DNA of 64,000 nucleotides from Chloroflexota bacterium (lineage in GTDB: Bacteria; Chloroflexota; Anaerolineae; Promineifilales; Promineifilaceae). A program made the position numbers and the translations under genes. The notes under the pieces are model-generated. The model saw only the letters and a program-made list of their open reading frames with translations. It was not told the DNA's origin and made no database searches. The stretch's first letter is position 1. Every line of letters starts with the position of its first letter. The stretch lies in assembly GCA_041390905.1 (NCBI GenBank), contig JAWKPA010000012.1, positions 63,216 to 127,215 on the forward strand. Direction: 5' to 3'. Positions 45,962 to 57,264 of this stretch are shown piece by piece.

Positions 45962-48262
45962 ATGACAAGGACAACCATTGACCCAACCAACAACACGCCA
46001 CGCCGCTGGGCGGGGTGGTGGCGACGGTATCAGGAGATCAAGCTGATTGGCCGTGACCCTGTTTTAGCGATGGGGCTGCTGCTGGTGGGGGTGTTTGTCT
46101 TTCTGTTCATCGCCTTCCCGCTGCTGCGCGTGGTTTGGCAAGGCTTTTTTGATCTGGAAACGGGTGAAGTAAGCCTGGAATATTTTGGCCGCTACATTGA
46201 CCCGGCCTTCCGCACGTACAGTTGGAACGTGCTGTGGGATACGTTGAGCATGGGGGTGGCAACGGCCGCCGGGGGAACGCTGATTGGCTTTGTTTTTGCC
46301 TATACTATGGTACGCTGCAACGTACCGGGGCAGCGTTTCTGGCACATTTTCACGCTACTGCCGACCATTTCGCCGCCGTTTGCCATCGCCATTGCCACCA
46401 TTTTGCTGTTTGGGCGGGCAGGGCTGGTGACACGCCAACTGCTGGGCATTCGCTTCACGCAGGGAATGAACGACATTTACGGGATTGACGGGCTGGTTTT
46501 TGTCCAGATTATCACCTTTTTCCCGGTGGCGTATCTGATTATTCGGGCGATGCTGGAGCGGCTTGACCCTTCGATTGAGGAGGCGGCACTGAGTTTGGGA
46601 GCGAGCAAGCTACATATTTTCCGCACGGTAACGCTGCCGCTGCTCATTCCGGGGCTGGCGGGGTCGTTTTTGCTGCTGTTTGTAGAGTCGCTGGCGGATT
46701 TGGGCAACCCTTTGCTGCTGGGGGGCAACCGCACGGTGCTATCGGTGGAGATTTTTCTGGCGATCAACGGGTTGTTTGACCAGCAGAAAGGGGCGGCACT
46801 GTCGCTGGTGCTGCTGCTACCGACGCTGACCGTCTTTTTGTTGCAACATTATTATGTGAGCCGCCGGTCTTATGTGGCGGTGACGGGGAAGCCGACGGGG
46901 GGGCAGAATTTTGTCAAGGAGCCGGTGATTCGCGGGAGTTTTATGGCAATAACGGCCGTTATTCTCCTCCTCGTCATCGCCCTCTACCTCTCCATTTTGG
47001 TTGGCTCCTTCACCACCCTGTGGGGCATCAACTACGCCCCCGACTTCAGCCATTACGGTGACGCACTGACGCGGGGAATGAACGCCATCTTGTCCACGAC
47101 CTTCCTGTCGGCCGTGGCGACCCCCATTGCCGGGGTTGCCGGGATGGTGATCGCCTTTTTGGTGGTGCGAAAGGTGTTTGTTGGCAAGCAGGCACTTGAT
47201 TTTATCTCCAACCTGGGCGGGGCCGTGCCGGGAACAATTTTGGGCATTGGCTACATCATCGCCTTTGTCCGCGCCCCGCTGCTGGTGGTGGGCATTATTT
47301 ATGCGCTGCTGGCGGGGTATCTGGTGAGCAAGGGGGTGGCGCAGTGGCGGGATCGGCTGCTGCTGTTGGCGGGCGGAACGGCCGTTTCCCTTGCGCTCAA
47401 CTGGGGCATCGGCCAGCTTAACCTGCATGAAGACGTGTGGCGGTTTGTAGTGATGGGGGGATTTTTGCTATTAACGGCCGTTGTCTGGCGCACCACCCCG
47501 CAATCGCAACGCCGCCTCGTCACCTACACCCTGCTCGGCATGGCCGCCCTGCTGCTCATCTACAACCTCAGCCCCCTTGTCACCCGGCCGCTGGGCGTGT
47601 GGGGGCGGTCGCTGGGCGGCGGCACCCTGTCCAAAGTGATCTCCAAACTGAGCAGCATGATAACCGTCTTCACCCAGCCCACCATGGCAATGCTGGGCTT
47701 CACCTATCTGGCAGTTGGGGTTTTTGTGGCCGAGCGGCTGTCGCCTGCGGTGCGCTACTGGGTCACATTTGGCATCCTCACCCTGTCGGCCGCCCTTGTG
47801 TTTCACGGCGAACCGCTGGCACTGATCGGCACCCCCTACATTGTCATTGCCGCCTACGCCGTCCGTAGTCTGCCCGCCTCGGTGCGGGCGGGGGTGGCGG
47901 CGTTGCAGCAAATTGACCCCGCCATCGAGGAAGCGTCGAGCAGTTTGGGTGCCGATGCCCAATACACCTTCCGCAAGGTGACGCTGCCCCTCATTTTACC
48001 CGCCTTTATTGCCGGGCTTATTTTTGCCTTTGCCCGCCACATGACCAGCCTCTCGGCCATCATCTTTCTCACCACCGCCGAATGGCCGATTCTCACCGTC
48101 TGGATTTTGAGCGAGGTGGAGCAAGGGGGGATGAGCACGGCGGCGGCGTACTCGGTGATTTTGATTGCCATTGTGTTGGCCGCCATCGGGCTGACGTATC
48201 TTTGGCTGGGGCGTGCCTTTGCCAGCCAGCAAAATGTGGATTTGACGATGGGGGGCGGATAA
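45962..48262 (+). CDS. ABC transporter permease with two fused permease domains (FbpB/AfuB-like)
   Basis: 766 aa. Two EAA-type permease domains (EAALSLGASKLHIFRTVTLP and EEASSSLGADAQYTFRKVTLP). Confidence 0.9.
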   Translation: MTRTTIDPTNNTPRRWAGWWRRYQEIKLIGRDPVLAMGLLLVGVFVFLFIAFPLLRVVWQGFFDLETGEVSLEYFGRYIDPAFRTYSWNVLWDTLSMGVATAAGGTLIGFVFAYTMVRCNVPGQRFWHIFTLLPTISPPFAIAIATILLFGRAGLVTRQLLGIRFTQGMNDIYGIDGLVFVQIITFFPVAYLIIRAMLERLDPSIEEAALSLGASKLHIFRTVTLPLLIPGLAGSFLLLFVESLADLGNPLLLGGNRTVLSVEIFLAINGLFDQQKGAALSLVLLLPTLTVFLLQHYYVSRRSYVAVTGKPTGGQNFVKEPVIRGSFMAITAVILLLVIALYLSILVGSFTTLWGINYAPDFSHYGDALTRGMNAILSTTFLSAVATPIAGVAGMVIAFLVVRKVFVGKQALDFISNLGGAVPGTILGIGYIIAFVRAPLLVVGIIYALLAGYLVSKGVAQWRDRLLLLAGGTAVSLALNWGIGQLNLHEDVWRFVVMGGFLLLTAVVWRTTPQSQRRLVTYTLLGMAALLLIYNLSPLVTRPLGVWGRSLGGGTLSKVISKLSSMITVFTQPTMAMLGFTYLAVGVFVAERLSPAVRYWVTFGILTLSAALVFHGEPLALIGTPYIVIAAYAVRSLPASVRAGVAALQQIDPAIEEASSSLGADAQYTFRKVTLPLILPAFIAGLIFAFARHMTSLSAIIFLTTAEWPILTVWILSEVEQGGMSTAAAYSVILIAIVLAAIGLTYLWLGRAFASQQNVDLTMGGG

Positions 48263-48344
48263 TGGAGCGAGTAACAGGTGGCATGTTGCAAGTACAAAGA
48301 CTTGCCACCTGCCACTTGTTACTTGTTACCCTTCTGGAGCGCAT

Positions 48345-49436
48345 GTGTTTTTACAGCTAGACAATTTGAGCAAACAGTTTCCTGGACGTGGCGGCAGTGC
48401 GCCGGTAACGGCCGTTAATCAGGTCAACCTCAACATTGAGCGGGGCGAATTTGTCACCCTGCTGGGGCCATCGGGCTGCGGCAAGACAACGACGCTGCGG
48501 CTCATCGCCGGGTTTGAATTCCCCACAAACGGCCGTATTGTCCTCGACGGCGAAGAGATCAACGAACAGCCGCCCAACAAGCGCGACATGGCGATGGTGT
48601 TCCAAAGTTATGCCATCTTTCCCCACCTCAACGTCTTTGAAAACATCGCCTACGGCCTTCGCATCAAGCGCATGGGCAAAAGCGACATGCAGCGCAAGGT
48701 GGCGCAGGTGCTGGAAATGACAGAGCTGACCGGGCTGGAAAACCGCGCTCCCAACGAGCTAAGCGGCGGGCAGCAGCAGCGGGTGGCACTGGCGCGGGCA
48801 CTGGTGATGGAGCCTAAAGTGCTGCTGTTTGATGAGCCGTTGAGCAATCTGGATGCCAAGCTGCGGGTGCAGATGCGGACAGAGATTCGGCGGATTCAGC
48901 AGAGTTTGGGGATTACCAGCGTCTATGTGACCCACGACCAGGATGAGGCGATGGCGCTGTCGGATCGGATTGTGGTGATGTTAAACGGCCGTTTGCAGCA
49001 AGCCGCCACCGCCATAGACATCTACCGCCGCCCCATCAACCAATTTGTGGCCGACTTCATCGGCCGCGCCAACTTTTTGCCGGTGCAGGTGGTGGGGCAA
49101 ACGGGCGAACTGTCGCAAGTAAAGCTCTACGACACCCTGTTGGCCGTGCCGCCCAACCACAACCACCCGTTTGCCGTCGGCGACAACGCCCTGCTGCTGC
49201 TGCGCCCCGAATCGCTGCGGCTGCACCTGGCCCCCCCCGCCGACAAACCCGCCATCCGCAGCCGCGTGCGCCACATGACCTACCTCGGCTCGCTGGCCGA
49301 GTATGAGCTGGAAGTGGGTGACCAACTGCTGGCCGCCGTGCAGTACGACCCGCGCCCGCAGGATTTGTATCCGGCCAGCAGTGCCGTCTACCTGGAACTG
49401 CTGGCGGATAATCTGTATCTGCTGCCATCTGCGTGA
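48345..49436 (+). CDS. ABC transporter ATP-binding protein (FbpC/PotA-like, with a C-terminal TOBE-like domain)
   Basis: GPSGCGKTT; LSGGQQQRVALARAL; LLFDEPLSNLD. GTG start with GGAG 6 nt upstream. Confidence 0.9.
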   Translation: MFLQLDNLSKQFPGRGGSAPVTAVNQVNLNIERGEFVTLLGPSGCGKTTTLRLIAGFEFPTNGRIVLDGEEINEQPPNKRDMAMVFQSYAIFPHLNVFENIAYGLRIKRMGKSDMQRKVAQVLEMTELTGLENRAPNELSGGQQQRVALARALVMEPKVLLFDEPLSNLDAKLRVQMRTEIRRIQQSLGITSVYVTHDQDEAMALSDRIVVMLNGRLQQAATAIDIYRRPINQFVADFIGRANFLPVQVVGQTGELSQVKLYDTLLAVPPNHNHPFAVGDNALLLLRPESLRLHLAPPADKPAIRSRVRHMTYLGSLAEYELEVGDQLLAAVQYDPRPQDLYPASSAVYLELLADNLYLLPSA

Positions 49437-49545
49437 TGGGTCATTCTGCTATACACAAAATTCCTCAAGGCAACTCGACTAGTGCGAGCCAAACGATAGA
49501 CAAGGGCAGTAACTTGTGAAAGATGGCACTTGCATCATAGATTCC

Positions 49546-52500
49546 TCAGTTGCCTGTGGCATAAAGCCACATCGTATCGATTAAATCATTTTGATTAGGG
49601 CTATTACCACCAAACATGACAATACCATTTAAGGGGGCGTAGTAAACGGCTTCGCTGGCCCATGTTGCTGGTGGATTGGTTGTCGGGGTAGCTGCAACCC
49701 ATTGCTGCCCATCAAATTCCCATGTGTCAGCATAGGCACCCGTGTGATACAAAACGTCATAGCCACCAAACAAAACAAGTCGTTGTTGAACAGGATTATA
49801 GGCCATTTGATAATTATAACGTCTGGGAATAGTTGGTGTCCCAATTTCAGACCAGCCATCCCCATTATAAGCCCAGGTTTGGTTGTAGAGTTGTGTTCCA
49901 TTGCGAACTGATAAGATGACTTTGCTCCAATCTGAGACGTAAGACATCCATGAACCGGTATTAGCTGGAGGTGAATTGGTCGTGCTAATTTGTGTCCAAT
50001 TCGTTCCATCATATTCCCAAGTATCATTGAGGATATCGTTGCCTATTTGTGTTCCGCGCCAGCCACCAAACATGATGACTTTGCCCCGAACAGGGTCATA
50101 GGTCATTGCATGATTACTGCGTCCCAAGGGTGTATTGCTTGTATTAATCTGGCTCCAACTGTTGCCATCGAATTCCCAAGTATCGTTGAGATGGATTCCA
50201 GCCCAGACATGCCCACCAAACAACACAATGCGCTGCCGTGAACTGTCATAGACCATTCGGGCATTCTCTCTAGGGCTGGGCCCACTGATATTGAGTTCTT
50301 GCCAACTAGTGCCATTAAAGACCCATGTGTCGTCACAAGCAAATCCTGCACACGTGCCACCAAACAGCACCAACTCATTGCTGCTGGTGTCAACCGCTAA
50401 TGCCACACCCGCTCTAGCTGATGGTTTTGTTGACGACTGATTGACCAAAGACCAATTATAGGTTGGGTTAGGTGGTTCTCCGGGTGAAATGGGAAAGTTG
50501 AAAATCCCAACTTCGTTGGAAACGACTTCTCCAGTTGCGTTAAGTGACTTCACTTTATAGAAACCGCCAGCATTTACAATAAATTCAGATGTTGGTGCGT
50601 TTAGCGTTGCGAGCTTGGTACTGCCGCTGTCACCCGGCGTAAAGTAGGGATTAGGGCTATGCCAAACTTCATAGGTTGTATTTTGTGACTGATGTGTCCA
50701 AGTGAGCGTTACTTGGCTACCATTTTGCTCAGTACCAACATTGATTTGGGTAGGTCCTGTAGAAACATAGGTGGTCGTGGCAAAGGTTATGTGTCCTTGA
50801 TAATCACCCACACCATCAAAGGCATTGGTTCCCCCAAGACCATCAGCCACTGTACCGGGCAACCCAAAATTCCAGCCACCGTTGCTTACAGTAATGATGC
50901 CGTTCCAATGCAAAACATGCTCACCCGTTGGGCCATAGACATCATAAGATACGTCGATATCGGCATCTGCACCCGTCGTGTTCACGATAGTCAGCACCCA
51001 TTGAATGGGATCACCGGGATCGAAGGTGTTTTTGGCACCCCAATTGCCATCACCTGTCCAGGCATCTGTTATTTCTACAGTGGGGCAAACGGCCGTTTCG
51101 CCTTGAACCCAGCCTGCTTGCCCTGATTCGCTGCCGTTATTGACGGCACTCACAGTGTAGTAGTGCGTTTCCCCACAAGTCAGTCCTGTATCTGTGTATG
51201 AGGTGACATTGGCCGCCACCGAATCAAGATAAAGGAAGTCCCACGCTGTGCCATTCCAGCCCCAGCGATAAATTTTGAAACTGGTCTCGTTGCTGGAATT
51301 ATCTTGCCAAGCCAAAGAAATACTGTTGTCAGTCGTGCCACTTACAGATAAATTCGAGGGCGATGTAGGTGCTGGCGGGGTGCAAGTGGTATTGTGGAAT
51401 ATCTCAACTGAGGAAACAGTGTTGTTTAAGCTTCCAAGGCTGGAAACATCGCCAGTTAAGCAGCCACTTGCTTGCCCACCTCGATCATTGTGTTCATAGA
51501 GGCGAATAGACCAGCCATTCGGAATGCGAACAGATTCGCCGCGATCGTTAAAGTAGAGATCATCTGGCCCCCCAATTTGATTGAGGTTATGGAGACCTTC
51601 ATTGTAGCCAATCCCCCAATGGTGGCTACCGTAGTTTTGATTGTCATACATGACAACGCTATAGAGTTGCGAGGTGGGGCAGTTGCTCTGGTTGAAGGTT
51701 TGTACGCCGGTGACTTGGCCTCTTAAGTCCCAAGGGTCGCCGCTGGGCAGGGGAATGCGGTTGCCGCTATAACATTCGGCCGTTCCGCGCAGACCGCCTT
51801 CTCTGAACAGAAAGACAGATTTTCCAGCAGGTACAATGGTTGACCGCATCCTGTCATTAAGACCAAAACTTGATAAATCACTATAAACCCCAATGGGAAA
51901 TATCCAACAATCAGAACTAGCATCATCTGTGCCACACAATATTACCTCATCAGACTGGTGAGAGGTGTCTATGTGGAATTGTCTTGTTACCCATGCGCTG
52001 GCCTCACCAGCTTCATTCCACGTCCGCATATGCCAATAAAATGTCCTATCTGCGGAAAAGGTATAGTCATGGCTTGTGTAGCCGTTGCCAAGACCCGTAT
52101 CTACAATCCAAGGTTGCGTATCTGGATTTGAACTTGTATTCAGTCGGAATGTATACCCCGTTTGATTCGGAGAGTTAGGGCTTTGCCAAACAAAATGAAC
52201 AGATCTGTTATCTAGTATTTCGCCATTGTTTGGGGAAACAAGTAGCGGGGGCGTGAGAGTCCCTCCACCTCCACAAAGGCTGCTGGTATTGCTCTGAGAA
52301 ATAAATCGGTTTTGTCCTGGGCAATGAGGACTGTTGTTTGATTGAAACCAAGTTTTGTGTGACTCAAACGCAAAAACCGTCTTTGCTGTATTGGCTTCAT
52401 TGGTATGAGGAAAGCCATTTTCTACACCTGCATCTACCCAACCACAGTTTGTGCTAATATTTTTTGAGGTTGTAGAAATAGCAGATCTGACAGCCGAGCC

Positions 52501-54519
52501 ATTGTATCCTTCTGCAAAACCTTGTGCATTGACTTCTGGGTAGATCCTCCAACTATCGATCTCTATGCCTGTCCAAGGAACGGCAGAGCCTTTCCCTGCC
52601 CAAGTGCTGTAATTTGAACCTCCCGTCCGAAGCTCTAAATGAATGTGAGCAGGATCCCCACTTGGTAGACCAGAATTACCTATTTCTCCAAGATATGCTC
52701 CTGATTGAATCGGCTGTCCAACATGAAGATTCGGATTGATAGAGGAAAGGTGCCAATACATTGACACGACATTATTTGAATGCTCAACTGCTACCCAACG
52801 TCCTCCTTGCCAAATAGTTGTGTCTTGTTTAATTCCAACAATTGTACCACCTGCAATAGAGATAACGGCCGTATTGAATGGGTCATTTTGGTCAACGCCA
52901 CCACCAAAATCAATGCCCGAAGTCTCGTTCACTGGTGTGTCATTGCAACCAGGAGGATGACCAACGCCATGTGGCCCACCCGAATATGTACGCCTGTCAA
53001 CAAAGGGCATCAAAAAAGTAACCGTGTTGAGGTTTTTGAATACGAGCTCCATATACGGAGCAGTCGTTTTTGGATCGCCAAAGTACGCAGAGTAAATATC
53101 GTAAAATTGTTTTTCAACATCATAGGGAGATTTGTGGTAAGCTGCAGCGTTAATTGCTACTCCCGTGGCAATCCCAAAGCTTGAATTATTTACAGCTCTA
53201 TTTAAACGAGAATATGTATACCAAGTCTCAATTGCTTGGTCATCTATATGTTTGGATCTGAATGTGGCAGTGGCTTTCATCATTTCTATTGCCACATCAA
53301 GCAATTCCTTTTCGTATCCTTGCAATACCCCACAATTTAAGTTTGGGTCGGAAATAATCCCATGAGTAATTTCTGACATTACGAGCAGAACTCTTGGATT
53401 TATGCCAGTTTCTTCTGATATTTTGTTGACTAGACTCGAATAATTTACGATGTCATTATCTATCTCAAAATAACAATTGCTAACAGAGGAATTAACGTTA
53501 TCAAGCCATTGCCGAATATCAAATGCGTCAATACTTGGAGCATATACAAATCGAGATTCAGCTATCCAGTTTGCAGATTTTTCTTGAGGGTACTCTTTTG
53601 GTTTGCTGATAAGCTCAACGCTAGACAGCATTTGATAGCCAATATACAAATCAGATACGTCGTTAAGCGTCTGCACAAAGCGAAAATGATAGAGATATCC
53701 CTCGATATAAAAGATTTTTTCCGTATTGTAATTTCCATCATGATCCAAGAGCGCGATCTGCCTACCTTCTCCTTCACTTAATTGTAATATCTGCTTATCT
53801 AGAATCTCGTTGTTTGCCGCTCGATAGTCTTCATAATAATCCCACTCATCAGGGGTCATCGGCGCAACAAAGGCTGAGAAAAAGCCACCTTGGATTGGAT
53901 GCCCTAATTTATCAACTTCCAGATTAGGGCTGCCGATACGAAATCCGAAATCTTTGTAAGGGATATTTTGTAGATTCCAATTTGAGGGGTACGAAACGGT
54001 GAATGCCCAATAGGGATCGGTATAAGTTTCCCAGCCAAGGGTGCTTTGTAACAATGAGTTGTCAAAATTTGGGGCAGGTAATTCTAATCTGGATCGTAAT
54101 GTTTCCTTTTCGGCAAGGGGAATTAGGGTGTCTGGCAAAACGGTTAACCATTGAGGATAGAGCATGTTATCTGGTAAGACGACTTGCCAAATGCCATTTG
54201 GAAGCGCATGAGCTAGGGCAACATATCTGTGAGCGGGGGAGCGTTCAATGATGCCGTAAGCCCACTGGCCTTCTACGTTGATTTCTATGAGTGTGGCTGT
54301 TGGGTCGTTGGAGAGGGCTGTGGCAAAGGCTTCTTGTATTTGTGTTTCGTCTTGGTTCGTGGTTTGTTGGGTTGAAGGAGGGGATGGGGTTGGTAACGGC
54401 CGTTTTTCAATCATCCCTCCTGAGTCAGACTGTAGCATATCGGGCGATGCCCCAATCTGCAAACTTGAAAGCAGCATAAATGTAACTACCAAAATAATGA
54501 ACGAAAATTTGCGTCTCAT
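49546..54519 (-). CDS. giant secreted multidomain protein (1657 aa): signal peptide, M23 (LytM-type) peptidase domain, fibronectin-III domains, and C-terminal Kelch/β-propeller repeats
   Basis: Signal MRRKFSFIILVVTFMLLSSLQIGA. M23 motif GEIGNSGLPSGDPAHIHLELR. FN3-like PPAPTSPSNLSVSGTTDNSISLAWQD. Kelch-like repeats (LVLFGG…DTWVFNG, IVLFGGH…DTWEFDG). Lower GC. GAGGAAA upstream of the start. Confidence 0.75.
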   Translation of the reverse strand: MRRKFSFIILVVTFMLLSSLQIGASPDMLQSDSGGMIEKRPLPTPSPPSTQQTTNQDETQIQEAFATALSNDPTATLIEINVEGQWAYGIIERSPAHRYVALAHALPNGIWQVVLPDNMLYPQWLTVLPDTLIPLAEKETLRSRLELPAPNFDNSLLQSTLGWETYTDPYWAFTVSYPSNWNLQNIPYKDFGFRIGSPNLEVDKLGHPIQGGFFSAFVAPMTPDEWDYYEDYRAANNEILDKQILQLSEGEGRQIALLDHDGNYNTEKIFYIEGYLYHFRFVQTLNDVSDLYIGYQMLSSVELISKPKEYPQEKSANWIAESRFVYAPSIDAFDIRQWLDNVNSSVSNCYFEIDNDIVNYSSLVNKISEETGINPRVLLVMSEITHGIISDPNLNCGVLQGYEKELLDVAIEMMKATATFRSKHIDDQAIETWYTYSRLNRAVNNSSFGIATGVAINAAAYHKSPYDVEKQFYDIYSAYFGDPKTTAPYMELVFKNLNTVTFLMPFVDRRTYSGGPHGVGHPPGCNDTPVNETSGIDFGGGVDQNDPFNTAVISIAGGTIVGIKQDTTIWQGGRWVAVEHSNNVVSMYWHLSSINPNLHVGQPIQSGAYLGEIGNSGLPSGDPAHIHLELRTGGSNYSTWAGKGSAVPWTGIEIDSWRIYPEVNAQGFAEGYNGSAVRSAISTTSKNISTNCGWVDAGVENGFPHTNEANTAKTVFAFESHKTWFQSNNSPHCPGQNRFISQSNTSSLCGGGGTLTPPLLVSPNNGEILDNRSVHFVWQSPNSPNQTGYTFRLNTSSNPDTQPWIVDTGLGNGYTSHDYTFSADRTFYWHMRTWNEAGEASAWVTRQFHIDTSHQSDEVILCGTDDASSDCWIFPIGVYSDLSSFGLNDRMRSTIVPAGKSVFLFREGGLRGTAECYSGNRIPLPSGDPWDLRGQVTGVQTFNQSNCPTSQLYSVVMYDNQNYGSHHWGIGYNEGLHNLNQIGGPDDLYFNDRGESVRIPNGWSIRLYEHNDRGGQASGCLTGDVSSLGSLNNTVSSVEIFHNTTCTPPAPTSPSNLSVSGTTDNSISLAWQDNSSNETSFKIYRWGWNGTAWDFLYLDSVAANVTSYTDTGLTCGETHYYTVSAVNNGSESGQAGWVQGETAVCPTVEITDAWTGDGNWGAKNTFDPGDPIQWVLTIVNTTGADADIDVSYDVYGPTGEHVLHWNGIITVSNGGWNFGLPGTVADGLGGTNAFDGVGDYQGHITFATTTYVSTGPTQINVGTEQNGSQVTLTWTHQSQNTTYEVWHSPNPYFTPGDSGSTKLATLNAPTSEFIVNAGGFYKVKSLNATGEVVSNEVGIFNFPISPGEPPNPTYNWSLVNQSSTKPSARAGVALAVDTSSNELVLFGGTCAGFACDDTWVFNGTSWQELNISGPSPRENARMVYDSSRQRIVLFGGHVWAGIHLNDTWEFDGNSWSQINTSNTPLGRSNHAMTYDPVRGKVIMFGGWRGTQIGNDILNDTWEYDGTNWTQISTTNSPPANTGSWMSYVSDWSKVILSVRNGTQLYNQTWAYNGDGWSEIGTPTIPRRYNYQMAYNPVQQRLVLFGGYDVLYHTGAYADTWEFDGQQWVAATPTTNPPATWASEAVYYAPLNGIVMFGGNSPNQNDLIDTMWLYATGN

Positions 54520-54635
54520 TGCGATTTCCTCGTCTCCAATGCTGGCTCAGTCTCTTGTGCCTTGCGCCCTGCATGACAAAAGTGCCTTGCACCACAGATG
54601 GAACAAGGCACCTGATTATAGCTTTTTTTCCTGGC

Positions 54636-57074
54636 TTATCGCAAGACAAGGGGAAGATGAGCTTGATAGGACTCACCGAGTAGTGCAAAAGTATCGTTAC
54701 CAGAAAACGAAGTGAGTTGTGCAGTAACTTGTTGAGACCCCGAATTGACCGTGCCTGGAATTGGTTCCCAAATTGAGCTACTAGACTGGTACTTGTACAA
54801 TTGTAGCGTATCTTCGCGTACACTAGATGGTAAATAGTCTAGTGTAATTGAGATGCTTTTCCCCACAGGAAGCGGAGCCAATTCTCCTGTACTTACATCG
54901 TAACTGCTTACGGTAAAGAAGAAACCTCCACTTCTCAAAGACCCTGTATTCATAACCGGTTCTTCTTCGTAACGAACACGTACAGTATTGGCGTAAGTAT
55001 TTGCTGGAATGTTAATCGTCACATTGGCATCGGGCGATGTTAAACTCCCTCCTGAAGTTGGTATGTCGTCTGAAATCCTGTCAAAGCGCTTTAGTTGTAC
55101 GAAACCGCCACTACCAGTAGCAACTGAGACATCATCACCCTCTACCACAACTTGTTGACCAAACGAGGGAAGCCCAGTTGAAGCTACGGGATAGCTGCTG
55201 CCGCTTAAGGGATTATTGACATCATAAAGTGCGATGCTTCTGCACCCGTCGGTAACATAGGCATAACCGTTGGATAAAGCAATGGAACTGCTGGCACCAC
55301 AAGTATTTAGTGTCCTGACAAGGGTAGGCGTACTTGGTGTAAGCACGTCAACAATATGAAATGGTTGGGTATCGTTTGCTATGAGATAGGCATATCTTCC
55401 GCTTACAACGACTCTATCTGTCCATACTCCATATTCGCCCACAAAGTTCAGTGTGGCTGGATTACTAATATCATATATTTTCAGCCCGGCCGTCGTTGCT
55501 GCGTACAGGTAGCCCCCTTCAACGTCTACGCCTTGCACATTAACACCAGAGGCTACAGAAACTGATGAGGTTTCATAAGGGGAGCTGGGGTTCTCAATAT
55601 TAATGGCACTGATACCACTCCAGGAACCAATATAAGCATAGCTATCGGAGAGAGCAATAGAGCTTGCTCCTTGAATTGACAGAGTTGTGGTTCCTAAAGA
55701 TGCAGGGCTATACGGGTTTTTGGCATTCAATATCTCAAGATATCCAGAACCGCCTAAACCGTCGCTTTTGGTAAGGTAGACAAATTCACCTCTTGCAGCC
55801 ATTTCTCCGAGGCGCAGTGGCGTACTCCAAATTAATGTTGCTGCTCCATAGGAGGGCTGGTGTAGTCCAAGATACCATAATTCTTGCTGTGAGGTGGCAA
55901 ACACGTTGCCGTTAGCCCTGGCAGCACTACCTGTATAAATCATTTCTCCCGCTATTGTCTTTATAAGAGACGGCAAGCCAGGGTTTGAGGCATCTACAAT
56001 GACCAAACCATCTTCCTCTGTACCCAAGTAGACTGTAGAGCCAGATAAATAAAGACCGTCTCCCAGTGATGGCAATGATAGAACACTAACCTGGGTTGGC
56101 GCACCTGGGTTGCTAATATCAACAATATGCAATTCAGCCAACTCTCGTAGATACAAAAATTTGCCAGATATGATCATGTTCTCTCGTGGAGAGAAGTTTG
56201 GTGGTTGGTAGACTCCAATCTGAACTGGAGCGTTAGGATTCGACACATCAATTACCAATATTGCATTGGTTAAAGCCAAGTAAACATAGTTTCCTTGCTT
56301 AACTAATCCCTGTGCATAATTCTGCGTGGCTATACTCCCTACTACACTTGGTGAATTTGGGGAAGAAATATCAACAACGATTAAACCGTCTGAACCAGAT
56401 GTAAGATACGCATAACTATCGGATACGGTAACAGACCGTAGCCAACTCGTTGTTGCCGTGATAACGGCCACATCTGTGGGAATCGTTGGGTTTGTTATAT
56501 CTACAACGCGAAACCACTTACCTTGGGGAACAAAAGCGTAATTGCCAGAGGTCTCAATATCGTGAATAGCGGTCGTAGGGCCGAGATAACGAATGGGTAT
56601 ATTTCCCACTTTGGCTGGCTGATTGACATTACTTGCATCAATAATGTCTACTCCGGAAAAACCATGAGGTACATAGAGGAGATTGTTTGCTGCATGTATG
56701 TTGTAAAATTGCGCTTTGTTTGAATCTGACCAGTGAGCAAGCGTTGAAGGAGTAGCTGGGTTATTGCTATTTGCAATGACTAAATCCGCTCCCACATTAT
56801 AATATAAGCGATTCCCATCTCCTGTCACAGCCCATGTTGCGCCACCAATAGAGTGGGTTGCTACCAGCTTCGAGTCTGTAAATATTGTTTTAGCGGCCAC
56901 TTGTTGGAACGTATAGGCATCTCGAATTTCCATGGAACCAAGAGATGTTTGTAGCGGTAAATTTCGTTGCAGTGGCTCACCAGACACTGTAGCCCCAAAT
57001 GTGATTGCTGTTGCCAGGCTAAGCATGAATAAAACTGCTAACATTAAAGTGAGTGTAAGTTTTATAAATCGCAT
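54636..57074 (-). CDS. secreted LVIVD-repeat β-propeller protein
   Basis: Signal peptide MRFIKLTLTLMLAVLFMLSLATA. Repeated …YAYL…GLIVVDISSPNSP / ILVIDVSNPNAP / HIVDISNPGAP / LVIVDASNPGLP motifs. GAGG upstream of the ATG (cat 57072-57074). Confidence 0.75.
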   Translation of the reverse strand: MRFIKLTLTLMLAVLFMLSLATAITFGATVSGEPLQRNLPLQTSLGSMEIRDAYTFQQVAAKTIFTDSKLVATHSIGGATWAVTGDGNRLYYNVGADLVIANSNNPATPSTLAHWSDSNKAQFYNIHAANNLLYVPHGFSGVDIIDASNVNQPAKVGNIPIRYLGPTTAIHDIETSGNYAFVPQGKWFRVVDITNPTIPTDVAVITATTSWLRSVTVSDSYAYLTSGSDGLIVVDISSPNSPSVVGSIATQNYAQGLVKQGNYVYLALTNAILVIDVSNPNAPVQIGVYQPPNFSPRENMIISGKFLYLRELAELHIVDISNPGAPTQVSVLSLPSLGDGLYLSGSTVYLGTEEDGLVIVDASNPGLPSLIKTIAGEMIYTGSAARANGNVFATSQQELWYLGLHQPSYGAATLIWSTPLRLGEMAARGEFVYLTKSDGLGGSGYLEILNAKNPYSPASLGTTTLSIQGASSIALSDSYAYIGSWSGISAINIENPSSPYETSSVSVASGVNVQGVDVEGGYLYAATTAGLKIYDISNPATLNFVGEYGVWTDRVVVSGRYAYLIANDTQPFHIVDVLTPSTPTLVRTLNTCGASSSIALSNGYAYVTDGCRSIALYDVNNPLSGSSYPVASTGLPSFGQQVVVEGDDVSVATGSGGFVQLKRFDRISDDIPTSGGSLTSPDANVTINIPANTYANTVRVRYEEEPVMNTGSLRSGGFFFTVSSYDVSTGELAPLPVGKSISITLDYLPSSVREDTLQLYKYQSSSSIWEPIPGTVNSGSQQVTAQLTSFSGNDTFALLGESYQAHLPLVLR

Positions 57075-57181
57075 ATCGTTGCCTCTTTCCTCTATTCTTG
57101 AAGGTATGACGAATCGAAACGAACTGAAAAACACTAAAGAAATAACCTTTCTATTTGATTATAGTGGTTAGAGTTTGGTGT

Positions 57182-57206
57182 GAATTGAGGGTTTTCCCTC
57201 AATTTG
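57182..57206. promoter_or_regulatory. palindrome GAATTGAGGG-tttt-CCCTCAATT upstream of the response-regulator gene (possible operator), followed by TATAAT at about 57227
   Basis: Read directly from the sequence. Confidence 0.35.
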
Positions 57207-57264
57207 TGCCTCTCTGGGAAGGCTGGCGTATAATTTTGCCTGTATTCAGTCTTGGGAGAATGAT